From NCBI RefSeq assembly GCF_009914755.1, contig NC_060936.1: a stretch of DNA of 64,000 nucleotides. One strand, given 5' to 3'. The translations under genes were made by a program, and so were the position numbers. The notes beneath the pieces were generated by a model, which saw only the letters and a list, made by a program, of their open reading frames with translations, was not told the DNA's origin and ran no database searches. The stretch is from the human T2T-CHM13v2.0 reference genome, Homo sapiens. Below, piece by piece: positions 12,381-29,270 of this stretch. Each line of letters begins with the position of its first letter. The stretch's first letter is position 1.

Positions 12381-14093
12381 TTAGAAGCTTTGTTTTTCTG
12401 GTTGCAAATATTCCCCTTGAGCAGAATGTACTCCGTACAGGTGGCCATTCTAGCCTAGTCCTGAATTCTATTTCCTTGACCATATTTCCCCATGGGAAGG
12501 TTTATTTTCTCTTGTTTGAATGAAGGAAGTCAAGGAGCAGTCTATTTCTTATTAATTAAAAAAAGATTTGGGATTTATTTCATCCTGTAAAGTAATCAGA
12601 AATTAATTTTGCCCAACAGAAGGATACAGGGTGACATTCAAGTTATCATTAAAGCAAGTCAATATGAGCGATAAAACAACAGAGAGTTAATAATGGGCAA
12701 TTCTCTACTTGTTTCTATCTTACTCTTCTCCAGTGAGGACCTAAATATTCTAAAACAATCCAGTTGTGTCTCCTTGTAATTTCAGATTCCTCATGAGATT
12801 ACCAGGGGACACTGACTTAGGTTTTAGACACAAGCTGTCTTACTGTCACATTTCTAAACAGAAAGTCTTTCTTTATGGAACAAAAATAGTAGAGCGTGTA
12901 GCTGGAAAGCTAAATGGAGAAGCTAAGACCAAGCAGCCCTTTGGTCTCATGGAACAGTGTCTTTCTATTAGTACCTTAAAAAGTATCTTCAAAATATCAT
13001 CTGCTTTCATAGGAAGAGAAGTATACCCTCTCATAATATTATCCAAAATGTTTTGGAAACTGACATTAATGATGAATGCAAAATAAAATCATACAGTAGC
13101 TTTATGTTACAGTTTCTTCCCCATCTTAGAATCAGTTTGTGGAGAATTTCAATTTGTAGACAACTGATTCCCACATGTGAATTATAGTTAAATTACACCA
13201 GTGATGTCACTGATGTGGAATAAAAAGTGCTGTGAATTTTAGTGATCGCTATTTCACTACAGCTGTGAGCAATGTGTTCCATAAAGACTGGTATAATTCT
13301 CCCAGGAGTCATGTTAAAAACTTCACTCTTGCAACTCGTAAGCAACTAATGCTTAAAAATGTATGCAAAAGACACTTACCCACAAGGTCAGTATTTTATG
13401 TATTTCCTAGCTAACAAGTTTTAAAAAGTTCTTGTATTATTATCTCCATTAAACATTAGGCTAAAGTCCAGCATATGCTATGTAAATAAGCAAGTCTGCA
13501 AATTAAAGTAAGAGAGTGATCAAATACAATAAAGGTGATTTTCTGGTTTGAAATAAAAGCATAAGCACGCGATGTCTTTCAGCTTTAAATATTGAAGAAA
13601 AATAGCCTGGGTCAAAGGTAGAACAAGATTTTTCGTAAAGAGCTTTAGGATTGCCTACTTTTATTTTGGTTGGATTAAAGCAAATCGTTTGCATTACTGT
13701 AACCTGGGTCAAAGCTGGCCTGCGGGGATGGCTGTGTGCCCAGCAGACCCACTCCACCAGGGAACTGCCATGGTGGCCCTATCCACAGGTGTCCCATGGA
13801 GCACAGTCCTCTCCTTGGGGGGTCTCAATGAGTCACCATGGAATTTTCATTGAAGAGAGAAAGTTTCCCAAAAGAAAAACAACAACCGGCAACTAAAAAT
13901 AAGCAGCTGTATTTAGTGTGGAGAAAGTGAAATTATTTCTTATATCCAGAATCCTTTACCTTTTTGCCCAAATCTGATGTGGTATGACTCTTAACAGATT
14001 ACAGTCTTTGTCTAAGACATCTGTCTGGGTCCTTCTTGGCCACATTTTGCAAAAGGAGTATTTATTCCAGTCATTGAAAAAAATAGAGACTCA

Positions 14094-14501
<408 letters not shown>

Positions 14502-14621
14502 CTATGTGTCCCTACTATTATGAGCACTGAGAATGCAGAAATTATTTCTAAGTTATTTATCACCATACTCCCTGAACCTAGCTAAGTGTCCAGGGCCTAG
14601 AACATTGTACATGCTCAAGAG

Positions 14622-14652
<31 letters not shown>

Positions 14653-14657
14653 TGTGT
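14622..14657. repeat. (TG)n microsatellite
   Basis: Direct read. Confidence 0.9.
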
Positions 14658-16575
14658 TGAAATGAATAAAGGGAGAAGGGAAAAACTTAAAGAGGGAAAA
14701 TGACCATGATACTATCAGGTCTAGAAAGTGATATATGGCCATTTTCAGAAGAACATGTAGATCCCTGAGCCTGAAGAACTAGGCTGTTGAACAAAGGACA
14801 AATCAGTGTGGGTGTTAAGAACTAAGATGGTGAACTCTGCCAGGACATTGGGTGCCTTTCTAAAAAGTCCCAATAGTGTGGAAACAAAGCTGCCCGACAG
14901 CTTATGGAAACTGTTTATGACAGCCACAAATGCCCAATGGACATATTTGCTCCTGTGGCAAGGCCCACTCAGCAACACCTGACACACTGGCCAGTGCTCC
15001 CTTTCCTTGCAACACTCCCTCCTCCTGCTCTTCCCACTCGAGTGTACATGAATCTTAAGAGCACGTGGATCTGTCTCTAGGCCTGGAAGACATAGAAAGG
15101 TTTCCAAAGACACTTCATTTATAATCAGGAAGTCTCTCAGACATCAAGCTATTTTGGCTTAATTAAGAAAAAAGATCCTTGACAGCTACAAGTGGAAAGT
15201 TCTTGGGATGGGATAGCCTTTAATAGCCCCAAACTTGGCAACCTTCTAAGAAGAAATTCTGCCAGTTCTTAATTTTAAAACTAAGGCTATATTTATGCAA
15301 CACTTAAACAACTGGTTAATTCAGTGAAACTATCGCCCCAATTTAATTTGACGACATGTAAATGAACAGACTTTTGATTAACTAATTCACCTTCCAACTA
15401 CTTGTCAAGATCTTCCAAAAGTGGGCTGATTTCTATTTCACACAGCTGAGATTTATGATATCATTAAAGAGCTAAGATTCAGTGACTTTAAACTATGCTT
15501 GAATTATAACTTAAAGCAATGTCTTACCTTAATAATGGTAGGGATATGAAGATTTGCTTTCAAACTTAGTGCAGCATTTCTGGCTTTTAAGTTTTAGTGA
15601 CATATTTATCAAGGGCAACTAGGTGCCGAGTGCTCAAACGCACCTGTAATCATGCTTTTATCTTATGTTCAGAAAACTATAGCAGCCTTATTTTTTTTCT
15701 ACATTTTGTGACACTAATCTCTTTCCTCTAATCTGTTTTATACTACTAAGGAAATCTTAAATATTATTTCATAGTTTTCCTCCTCAGAAAACTTCAACAT
15801 TATGTATGTATACATATCTCATTATACCCAATATAATTGAACCTATAAAAATAATAAAAATATGAATAGGTATACACCAGAGTGATGCATATGGAAGTGT
15901 TTTAAAGATTCTTGTTTATAATCTGTGTTTTATTATTTTCTGCAATGCGTCTTACCTATGTAAAAGAAGTTCATTGACTTTTTTTTTGAAGATTCAGTAA
16001 CTCAATTTTCTTGATTTAAAAAAAAGAAAAAGGTGGAAAGCATATATGAGTGTAGAAATAATCAAAATATAATGGTAATCACTATTAATGTAAATAGACG
16101 AAACTTTCTCGTTAAAAACAGTTGTCAAATTGGATTTAAAAACAAATAAAATACAAAAATCAAGCTGCATTATGTTTACAGGATATACACTTAAAACTTC
16201 TGGATAAAGATTTAAAGCCAAAAGACAGACAAACTCTGTTTACCACTCATTGATAAACAAAAGAAAGTTAATGTAGTCATTTTATTATCAGAAAAAGTAA
16301 ACTTTAAGAGGCATTCCTAGAGATAAAGAATTCAACCACTGCTAAGATATAATAGTGCTATTCTCATATGCACCTAATAATATAGTCTCTGGGTATAGCC
16401 AGAGATTTTATACTACATCTCTCAGTAACTGATAAATCAAGCAGAAAAAAATCAACAATTCCACAGAAGATTTGAACAGTACAATTAACAAATTTGATCT
16501 GTGTAATATTCAGAGAACATCATACTCCACAACTGGGGTGTAAATATTCTTTTCAAACACAGGAAAAACTTTATG

Positions 16576-16829
16576 AAAGTTGACTGCGTTCTAGGACATA
16601 AAGATATACTCAACAAATATTAAGCCATTGATAACCATATAGCTCACATTTCTTAAATACCACCCAAGGAAGTAAAAAATCAATCTAGGCATAATTCTAG
16701 GCAAAGTTGACTACGTTCTAGGGCATAAAAGATATACTCAACAAATATTAAGCCATTGATAACCATATAGCTCACATTTCTTAAATACCACCCAAGGAAG
16801 TAAAAAATCAATCTAGGCATAATTCTAGG
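16576..16829. repeat. Tandem duplication, 126/127 bp
   Basis: 16576-16701 and 16703-16829 differ by only 2 substitutions and 1 indel. Confidence 0.95.
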
Positions 16830-17618
16830 AAGAAAAAAACAAATATCTGAAAACTTAAAAATACATTTTCAAATAACTGATAGGTTTAAAGAAAGAAATC
16901 ATAATTGAAATGTTAAGTATTTAAAACTAAATAATAACAAAAATATATTACAAAACCTGTGGGTTGAAAGTAAAGTAAATTTTGGAATGAATTTCATAGC
17001 CTTAAATATTTTAATTATATAAGAATGCTCAGAATTAATGAGCCAGACTGTTTATCCTAGAAAACCAAGGTTAATTTGGTAGCAAATTAATTAATTTAAT
17101 TTACTGCATTAATAGATTAAAGGAGAAGTGCTTAATTATATTAATAAATACAGAAAAAAGTTTGGTAAATTCAATATTTATTAATGATAGAAAGATCTTA
17201 GCAAGCTAGGAATAAAAGGGAATTTCCCAAATCTGAAAAAGGTCATATACAGAAGTATATTATAAATGTCATACTTGGAGTGAAATATAGGAAACATTCT
17301 CTTTATAATCCAGAACAAGACAGATATGCTCATTATCATAATTTCTAACCAGTTTAAAAGAGTTTTGCAAATGTATTTGATAACAAAATCTATATACAAA
17401 ATTCATTTGTAAATCCACATGCCTGTAACAATCAGGAAATGTAATTCAAATAAAACAAACCAAAAAACTTTTTTTAATAGCTCTTAAATCAACAATAACA
17501 ATAATAACTACCATGAACAAGAAAAGAACTATTAAAATACACTAATGTCCTTTATTGAGAAAATTATAACATTTTATTGTAAGATATTAAGTAATACCTA
17601 AATAAGTAGAGACATATA

Positions 17619-17969
17619 CAGGTTGAGCATCTCTAATTGAAAATCCAAAATCTGAAGTGCTTCAGAATCCTAAACACTTTGACCACTGACATAATGCCAC
17701 AGGTGGAGAAATTTTACACCTGATGTCATGTGACAGGTCGCCGTCAAAATGTAGTCAAAACTTTGTTTCATGCACAAAATGATTCAAAATATTGTATAAA
17801 ATTACTTCAATCTATGTGTATAAGGTGTATATAAAATGTACATAAATTTCGTGTTTAGACTTGGTTTTCATCCCAAGATGTCTCATTATATATATTCAAA
17901 TACCTCAAAATTCAAAACAATCCAAATGCTTCTGGTTCCAAACATTCTGGATAAGAGATGCACAACCTA
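17619..17969 (+). mobile_element. Tigger4b/Zombi-type TcMar DNA transposon relic
   Basis: Terminal inverted repeats CAGGTTGAGCATCTCT / AGAGATGCACAACCTA flanked by TA; splits the L1 motif gagacatata|ccatgttc. Confidence 0.85.
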
Positions 17970-18498
17970 TATACCATGTTCTCAGGCATTATAAGGAAGT
18001 GAATTCTCTCAACTTTGGTCTAAAAATTCAAATTAATTTCAACCTGGTTTTTCATGGAATTGGACAAACTAATTCTACCGTTTGTATCGATGAACAGAGA
18101 TGATCCATGTGCCACTTGACCAATCAGATATTGTGACAGTGGACAGTGTGTTGTCACAGTACAAAAAAAATAGAACATTAGGACCAAATAAAGAACCTAG
18201 ACAGAGATTCTTTCCTATTTGGTATTTGGCTTTTGGAAGAAGAGACATTGCAAATCAGTGGGAAAAGAAAAAAACAATGTAATTAATGACGCTGGAAAAA
18301 ATGATGACCCCTGAGGATGAAAAGTGAAATTGAAGCCCTATCTCATCTCACACTCAAAAATCAATCCCAGTTGGATTAAAGACCTAAATGTGAAATGCAA
18401 TATTTAAGAAATGTACTTTAAAAAGACAATATACCTCAGTATATCCTGTTGTTGGGATATAGAAGCATCTCTTAACATATTTAAATGCATTTAAATTA

Positions 18499-18800
<302 letters not shown>

Positions 18801-18833
18801 TTAATTATTTCTGTTCAGAAAAACACTGTTTCA

Positions 18834-18835
<2 letters not shown>

Positions 18836-18897
<62 letters not shown>
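18836..18897. repeat. Compound (CA)n(GA)n microsatellite
   Basis: Direct read. Confidence 0.95.
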
Positions 18898-19237
18898 TAA
18901 AAGATAAGCCAGGGACTGGGAAAGAATATTTCCAACACATGTCACTGAAAAATGTTTGCTAACTAGTATATACAAAGTCCTCCTATGGTTTAAAAAGGGG
19001 AGAAAACCTAACAAAAGCGATTAGAGAAACTGGCAAAAGGCATGAATAAACATTTCACAGAAGAGGAAATCGGAAAAGTCCATAAGCATATGAAAAGATG
19101 ATAAACATCATTAGTAATGAAGTAAAATATAATTTAATATATTTACATGTTAAATCACAATGAGGTATTTTATTATGCACCAAATTGGCAAAGATTTTCA
19201 AAGTCAGAAAATATCAAGTGTTTACATGGATATAGGA

Positions 19238-19451
19238 CAGAGACTGGCTAACTTTCCGTAAAGAGCCAGATAGTAATTATTTTAGGATTTGCATAAATTT
19301 TCTCATAACTACTTGACTGTGCTGTTGTATTACAAAAGCAGCTGCACACAATAACTCACCAAATGAACATAATTTTCTTCCAATAAACCTTTATTTACAT
19401 AAACAGGCAGCAAACTTGATTGGGTTCATGGCTGAGATTTGCTGATCTCTG
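19238..19451 (+). mobile_element. MER58A-type hAT-Charlie relic
   Basis: ctggctaactttccgtaaagagccagatagtaa ... ctttatttacataaacaggcagc ... tttgctgatctctg. Confidence 0.8.
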
Positions 19452-19641
19452 ATGTGGAGGAAAACAGAAATCACGTGGGAGTATAAATTGGTATAAACCT
19501 TGGAAATAATCTTTGAAACTAGTTTGTGTACAGTGTATCCTGGCATGTACTATATAGGAACTCCAGCATATGTACACCAAAGAGGAATGTACAAGAATGT
19601 TCATGGCAGTTTGCTTATAATAACAAAATAACAGAACAACT

Positions 19642-19970
19642 TGTTTTAGCCTATTCAGGCTGCTATAATAATATATCATAAATTGGGTAGCTTGTGAGCA
19701 ACAGGAAATTTATTTCTCACAGTTCTGGAGGCTGGGAAGTCAAAGATCAAGGTGCCAGCAGATTCAACATCTGATAAGGGCCTGTTCACAGACAGCACTT
19801 TCTCACTGTGTCCTCACTTGGCAAAGGGTGGGAGTCCCTCTTGGATCTTCTTTATAAGGGCACTATCCCATTTATGAGGGCTCTTCCCAGGTGACCTACC
19901 ACGCTCTCAAAGGCCTCACCTCCTTGTATCACTACATTGGTTATACACATTCAGATTATATGCTATAGCA
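19642..19970 (-). mobile_element. MLT1A-type MaLR LTR
   Basis: ggctgctataa...atttatttctcacagttctggaggctgggaagtc...aaggtgccagcagattc; ends ...atagca. Confidence 0.85.
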
Positions 19971-20346
19971 TGATACGGTTAGGCTTTGTGTTCCCGCCCA
20001 AATTTTATCTTGAATTATAATTCCCATAATCCACACTTGTCGAGGGAGAGACCAGGTGGAGGTAATTAAATCATAGGAGAACTTTCCCCCATGCTGTTCT
20101 TGTGATAGTGAGTGAGTTCTCACGAGACCTGATGGTTTTATAAGGAGCTCTTCCCCTTCACTCAGTTCTCCTTCCTGCTGCTGTGTGAAGAAGGTGCCTT
20201 GTTTCTCTCTAGCCTTCCACCGTGATTGTAAGTTTACTGAGGCCTCCCCACCCATGCAGAACTGAGAGTCAATTAAACTTCTTTCCTTTATAAGTTACCC
20301 AGTCTCAGGTATGTCTTTATTGGCAGTGTGAGAATGGACTAATACA
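19971..20346 (+). mobile_element. THE1D/MST-type MaLR solo LTR
   Basis: TG...CA termini (tgatacggttaggctttgtg ... gactaataca); 5-bp TSD TAGCA/CAGCA. Confidence 0.9.
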
Positions 20347-22711
20347 CAGCATAACTCACATTATATCATCAGTAACATGGATAAATGTATTTTGTAATGT
20401 TGATACAAAGAAATGCTATGCAACAGAGCTAGACGCAGTAATTCCTGGATGCATCTGAAAAACATAGTATTGTAAAAAAGGAGTGATCACCAAGGAATAT
20501 GTACAGTATGAGCCCATTTGAATAAAGTACAAATAAACAGACAACACTAAAATACATATATGTGTGTGTGTGTGTATATATATGTATATATAATTTGAAT
20601 CACATGCTATGTGACCACACTAAATTGAGAAGCAAGACAATAATTAGTACAAACTTTAGGAATGTGTTCACCTCTTGGGGGAAGGACAGACTGAGATCTG
20701 GGAAGGCCAAACAAGGGCTTCTAAAATACTGGGAATGTTCTCTTTCTCAGTGAAGTTAGTAGACCTTTAGTTGTTGGTTTCATTTTATTCCTTAAATGCT
20801 AAGTATGTATTTTATATACTCTTGCATATGTGATATTTTGTAACAATATATCAATTCAACTGCAGTCTGAAATCAAATTAAATTACGTTTCAGGAAGATC
20901 ACTCTGGCAGAGGTATTTGGTACGAACTAGAAGAGGAGGAAAGTAGTGTCAGGAAGACTAGGTTAGGAGAATATTATAGTATTCCCTGCATAAGGAGTGG
21001 TAGTCATGTAATTTGAGAAAAAGGAGTGCCTTTAATAAATGTTTTGAGGTAAGGATATAAAGATATTAGGTAGAGGTGATGGAAAGGATAGATAAGCCTA
21101 GGAAATTATTGTTGTTGTTGTTAACAATTTGGACCTTTTTAAAAATAGTTTTTGAGTACTTAATGAAAATATTTAAGAAAATGAGAGGAAAAAGCTATTG
21201 GAGAACTTTAGAGTGATCTAACCAAGTAATTATCCCTCCAAAGGAGCCTAAATGAAATGTTTACTTGAATGAACACAAAACAGAAGAAACAAAACAAAGT
21301 CTTGTTGTAGCAGTTCCCGAGGAAAGTTGAAGAGCATTTATTTTGATATAAAATAATGAAAGAATGGGTCACATTAATAATATCTAATGAATAAAGACCA
21401 AATACCTGGTACCATGCAATTAGTAGCTACTTAGAACATGAAAAGGTAGGGAGAAATGTTATCAACTTACATGGTGGCTAAGCCCTGGGTTCAAATCCTA
21501 AGTGATCTTTGGCAATGTTTTGAGAGTTTCTAAGGCTCGGTTTCCAATCTATAGAACAGGTATAATAGTATCTATTTCAGACAGTTTTTTGTGAGACTTA
21601 GTGTTTTTAATGTGCTCACTAGATCGCATAGCATACAATCAAAATATAAGTGACAAGAAAAATACAATGACTTTACATAATTAGCAACAATTGCGCTATT
21701 AAAAAATAACTGTTAGGTTTCTTTTTCTAATATCATCTTGGTTTGTTTCTAAAGTTTTTATAAGTGGAACTATCAGCCACTTGGGTTTTCTGCTTTGTTT
21801 TGCTGGAATTGCTCTCTTCCTCTGTCACTTTAACGAAACATTGGCTAAAATGTTGACTTTGTTTTATCTCATGCCTTGATACATTTCCTTATCTTTCAGT
21901 GACTTTTGAAAGGGTATATTCACTTAGTAAGGCTAGTTATAATTTCACAGAAAATGTCTTTCTCTCCTGTGACAGGGGTGTATTTTTAGGAAAAATAAAA
22001 AGTAAGTATACATCTTACTTCTAGCCACCTGCAAGAGAAAAATGAGTAGAAACGGGGTGTACATGCATTTAAATTTTGCTACTCCAGCTTCCCTTTCCTG
22101 TAGGAAACTCAGTTATAGTTTTAAAAAAACAAAAGAATAGATGAAAAGAAGGAAATGGAAAGCCCTTGGGGGAAGGAAGAATGTCACCGTTTGGAGTGAA
22201 TAACTTAAATCGGCTACTGATACAGCTTAAGTTGAAGTTGTCGTTGCTTTTCCTGTTTTATTTTTTATAGGGTACATTCAACCTTTAATGGTTCAAAACT
22301 TATTTTTTCCACTTAATAGTAAAAACTATAAAGTCATGTCTTAACTGTATGAATGGGGATTACTTTAGGATTTTTTAAAGAGGCATTGCCTTGGGAGAAA
22401 AACACATATAGTCTTCAAGGTGAAACTTAAAATATTACCTTTAAATTCTTAATTATATTTTATGGAGATAATACTTCAGTCTTACTTGACTTTTGAATTA
22501 GATTGTTTAACACTTGGGGATATACACAGCTGCTATAAGAAATTAACTTTAGAAATATTTTAAAAGAAAATTGGAAAAAGAAAGAAAATGAAAATTTGTC
22601 TTCTCTATGAAAACCTAAATCTCTGTAGTCATTTTCTCAAACTGATCCAGCAGTAATATGTTGATTGCCATATTTGTAATATTTTGTTTTTTATTTTTAT
22701 ATTTAATATAT

Positions 22712-22850
22712 ATTTTTTAAGACAAGGTTTCACTGTGTCGCTGAGGTTAGTGTATAGTGGCAAGATCATAGCTCACTGGAAGCTCCAATCCCTGGGCTCA
22801 AGCGATCCTCCCTCCTCAGCTTCCTCAGTTGCATGTGACCACACCCAGCT
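22712..22850 (-). mobile_element. Alu right-arm fragment (AluJ/FRAM)
   Basis: gacaaggtttcactgtgtc...gatcatagctcactg...ctgggctcaagcgatcctcc. Confidence 0.8.
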
Positions 22851-23704
22851 AGTAATATTTTAATAGTAAGTTATGAATCACCAAACTATATCTATATAGT
22901 GCTTTAGTTATAGGTAGTTTTGCTATGTTTTATAAAAGAAGACAAGTTAGGTTTTCCTAAAGATATAGCCAGTCTTTTTCCTTTTTGGGGGGTTAGTGGG
23001 GGTGAGCTAATCACTTCTATTTATAATTTGCTTTCATTCACTTGCACTTCTTATATAGGTTTTCAGATGTCAACCTAAGTAAATACTGAAAAAAAGAAAA
23101 ATCAAATACATACATATGGAAAATCAGAATCATTCTTATGAAGAAACTCATTCATTAGAAAAATTTGAAAATGGTTTCCTACCACTTCCTTCAAAACTAG
23201 GAGAAAATAAGTGGTGACCAAAACCATAAGACTAGAAGCATGGATAAATTCAATTAGCAATTAAAATTTTTTTTCATTTTGGTAAAATCCAGTCAAAGTA
23301 AGTTATAGACTCTTAAACTAAATTATTTTAATACGCATTTTGCTTTTTGCCTGTTACGTAGACAGGAGCCAACCTCAATGTCAGTTTGGTGGGATATGAA
23401 TCAGGTAGTTACAGTGCCCACAGCTCTTTCTGTTGGTGGCATGAAATGTAGTGAGCTGTGGACTGAGTTGTAATCCTGTTTACTCAGGCTATTTACTATC
23501 TCCCAATGATAAAGGATGCAGTAATACCCAAGACTGGCAGAAAAACACAGGAGTGTGAGTAAATAAAACCAAAAATGAGATGTAGGCCCAGGCTTATTAA
23601 CCCCACAGCAATGAAAAGATGACGACAGAGTCTAGACTTTACTCTCCAAGCCTGATAAATGATTATAATGGCCAGTACTTTTCAGTGTTTGCCATACCCT
23701 AGAC

Positions 23705-24045
23705 CTGGAGTCTGCTACCCCTGGGCCATGGACAGGTAGCAGTCCGAGGCCTGTTGGCAGCTGGGCCACACAGCAGGAGGTGAGCGGTGGCTGATGGAGC
23801 ATTACCACCTGATCTTTACCTTCTGTCGGATCAACCTTGGCATTAGATTCTCATAGGAGTTTGAACCCTATTGTGAACTGTGCATGCAAGAGATCTAGGT
23901 TGCATGCCCCTTAGGAAAATCTAACTCATGCCTGATGATCTGAGGTAGAACAGTTTCATCCCCAAACCACCTCCTTGCTTCCTGTCCTTGTAAAAATTGT
24001 CTTTCATCAAACCAGTCCCTGGTGCCAAAATGGTTGGGACCACTG
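23705..24045 (+). mobile_element. MER1B-type hAT-Charlie element
   Basis: Perfect 8-bp TSD CCCTAGAC (23697-23704, 24046-24053); internal cattagattctcatagga and ccagtccctggtgccaaaa. Confidence 0.9.
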
Positions 24046-24076
24046 CCCTAGACACTTGACTAAGAACTTCTTCCTG

Positions 24077-24470
<394 letters not shown>

Positions 24471-24897
24471 TGAAGCTAAATAAATTTGCTTAAAGTTACA
24501 AGCTAAGTAAATGAAGGAGCTAGCTTTTGAACTTAGAAGCAATACTTTCTTTATTTTTCCATAAGTTATTGGGGTATTTGGTTACATGAGTAAGTTCTGT
24601 AGTGGTGATTTGTGAGATTTTGGTGCACCCATCACCCAAGCAGTATATACTGCACCATATTTGTAGTCTTTTATCCCTGTCCCCCTCCTACTCTTCCCCC
24701 CATGTCCCCAAAGTCCATTTTATCATTCTTATGCCTTTGTGTCCTCATAGATTAGCTCTCACATGTCAGTGAGAACATATGATGTACGGTTTTCCATTCC
24801 TGAGTTACTTCACTTAGAATAATAGTCTCCAGTCTCATCCAGGTCACTGCAAATGCTGTTAATTCATTGCTTTTTATGGCTGAGTAGTATTCCATCA

Positions 24898-24900
<3 letters not shown>

Positions 24901-24977
<77 letters not shown>
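24901..24977. repeat. Compound (TA)n(CA)n microsatellite in the L1PB 3'UTR
   Basis: Direct read. Confidence 0.95.
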
Positions 24978-24978
<1 letters not shown>

Positions 24979-25285
24979 TTTATTACATTAAGGTATGTCC
25001 CTCGTATGCCGATTTTGCTGAGAGTTTTAAACATAAAGGGATACTGGATTTTGTTGAATGCTTTTTCTGCATCTATTGAGATGATCATGTGATTTTTGTT
25101 TTTAATTCTGTTTATGTGGTGTATCACATTTACTGAATCGCATATGTCAAACCATCCCTGCATCCTTGATATGAAACCCACTTGATCATGGTGGATTATC
25201 TTTCTGTTATGTTATTGGATTTGGTTAGCTAGTATTTTGTTAAGGATTTTAGCATCAATGTTCATCAAGGATTTCAGTTGGTAGG

Positions 25286-26997
<1,712 letters not shown>

Positions 26998-27360
26998 CTA
27001 GTAGAATTCTGCTGTGAATCCATCTGGTCCTTGACTTTTTTTTTGTTGGTAATTTTTAAATTGCCATTTCAATCTCGTTGCTTGTTATTGCTTTGTTCAG
27101 GGTATCTAATTCTTCCTGATTTAAGGTAGGAGCATTGTATTTTTCCAGGATTTTATCCATCTCTTCTAGGTTTTCTAGTTTATGTGCATAAAGTTGTTCA
27201 TAGTAGCCTTGAATTATCTTTTGTATTTCAGTGGTGTCAGTTGTAATTCCATCTCTGTTTCACTTCTTAGTAAGGTTATTTGGATTTTCTCTCTTCTTTT
27301 CTTAGCTAATCTTGCTAATGATCTATCAATTTTATTTATCTTTTCAAAGAACCAGCTTTT

Positions 27361-27658
<298 letters not shown>

Positions 27659-27942
27659 AGAACCAGCTTTTTGTTTCATTTATCTTTTGTATTTTTGTTG
27701 TTGTTGTTGTTGTTTCAGTTTCATTTAGTTCTGCTCTGATCTTGGTAATTTCTTTGCTTCTGCTGGGTTTGGGTTTGGTTTGTTCTTATTTCTCTATTTC
27801 CTTGAGGTGTGACCTTAGAGTGTCAGTTTGTGCTCTTTCAGTCTTTTTCATGTAGGCACTTAGGGCTATGAACTTTCAACTTAGCACCGCCTTTGCTGTA
27901 TCCCAGAGGTTTTGATAAGTTGTATAATTATTGTCATTCAGC

Positions 27943-27947
<5 letters not shown>

Positions 27948-27973
<26 letters not shown>

Positions 27974-28236
27974 GGGACAGAGTCTCTCTCTGTCACCCAG
28001 GCTGGAGTACAGTGGCACGATCTCAGCTCACGGCAACCTCCATTTCCCGGGCATCCCAAGTAGCTGGAATTACAGGCATGTGCCACCACATCCAGCTAAT
28101 TTTTGTATTTTTAGTAGAGACAGGCGGGGTTTCAACATGTTGGCCAGGCTGGTTTCGAACTCCTGGCCTCAGGTGATCTGCCCGCCTTGGCCTCCCAAAG
28201 TGCTGGGATTACAGGTGTGAGCCACTGCGCCCAGCC
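27948..28236 (-). mobile_element. AluS-type SINE in L1PB with a small right-arm deletion
   Basis: Dimer; lacks the ttcaagcgattctcctgcctca segment near 28050. Confidence 0.92.
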
Positions 28237-29270
28237 CAAGTAATTTTTTAATTTCCATCTTGACTTCGTTTTTGACCCAGTGCTCATTCAGGAGTAGGTT
28301 ATTTAATTTCCATGTATTTGCATGGTTCTGAAGGTTCGGAGTTGATTTCCAGTTTTATTCCACTGTGGTCTGAGAGAGTACTTGATATAATATCAATTTT
28401 CTTAAATTTATTGAGGCTTGTTTTATGGCCTATCATGTGGTCTATCTTGAAGAAATTTCCATGTGGTGTTGAATAGAATGTGTATTCTGTGGTTGTTGGA
28501 TGAAATGTTCTGTATACATCTGTTAAGTCTATTTGTTCTAAGGTATGGTTTAAATTCATGTTTTTTTGTTGGCTTTCTGTCTTGATGACCTGTCTAGTGC
28601 AGTCAGTGGAGTATTGAAGTCCCCCACTATTATTGTGTTGCTGTCTATCTCATTGCTTAGGTTTATTAGTAATTGTTTTATAAATTTGGGAGCTCCAATA
28701 TTAGGTGCACATTTGTTTGGGATTGTGATATTTTCCTGTTGGACAAGGTCTTTTACCATTATATAATGTCCCTCTTCGTCTCTTCTCTTTCAACTGCTGT
28801 TGCTTTAAAATTTGTTTTGTCTGATATAAGAATGGATACCCCTGCTCATTTTTGGTGTCCATTTGTATGAAATGCCTTTTTCCCCACCTTTACTTTAAGG
28901 TTATGTGAGTCCTTATATGTTAGGTGAGTCTCCTGAAGGCAGTAGATTGTTGGTTGGTGATTTCTTATCCATTCTGCAATTCCCTATTTTTTAAGTGGAG
29001 CATTTAGTGTGAGGTACCGTTGCATTCATCGTGTTCCTTGCTGCCTGTGTACTTTTGTCTTTTTGCTTTCTCTTTTTAACTTGTATTTTTGTTTTATAGG
29101 TCGTGTGTGATTCATGCTTTAAAGAGGTTTTGTTTTGATGTGTTTTCGGGATTTGTTTCAAGATTTTAGAGCTCCTTTTAGCCGTTCTTGTAGTGATGGC
29201 TTGGTAATGGCGAATTCTCTCAGCGTTCGTTTGTCTGAAAATGACTGTGTCTTTCCTTCATATGTGATAC

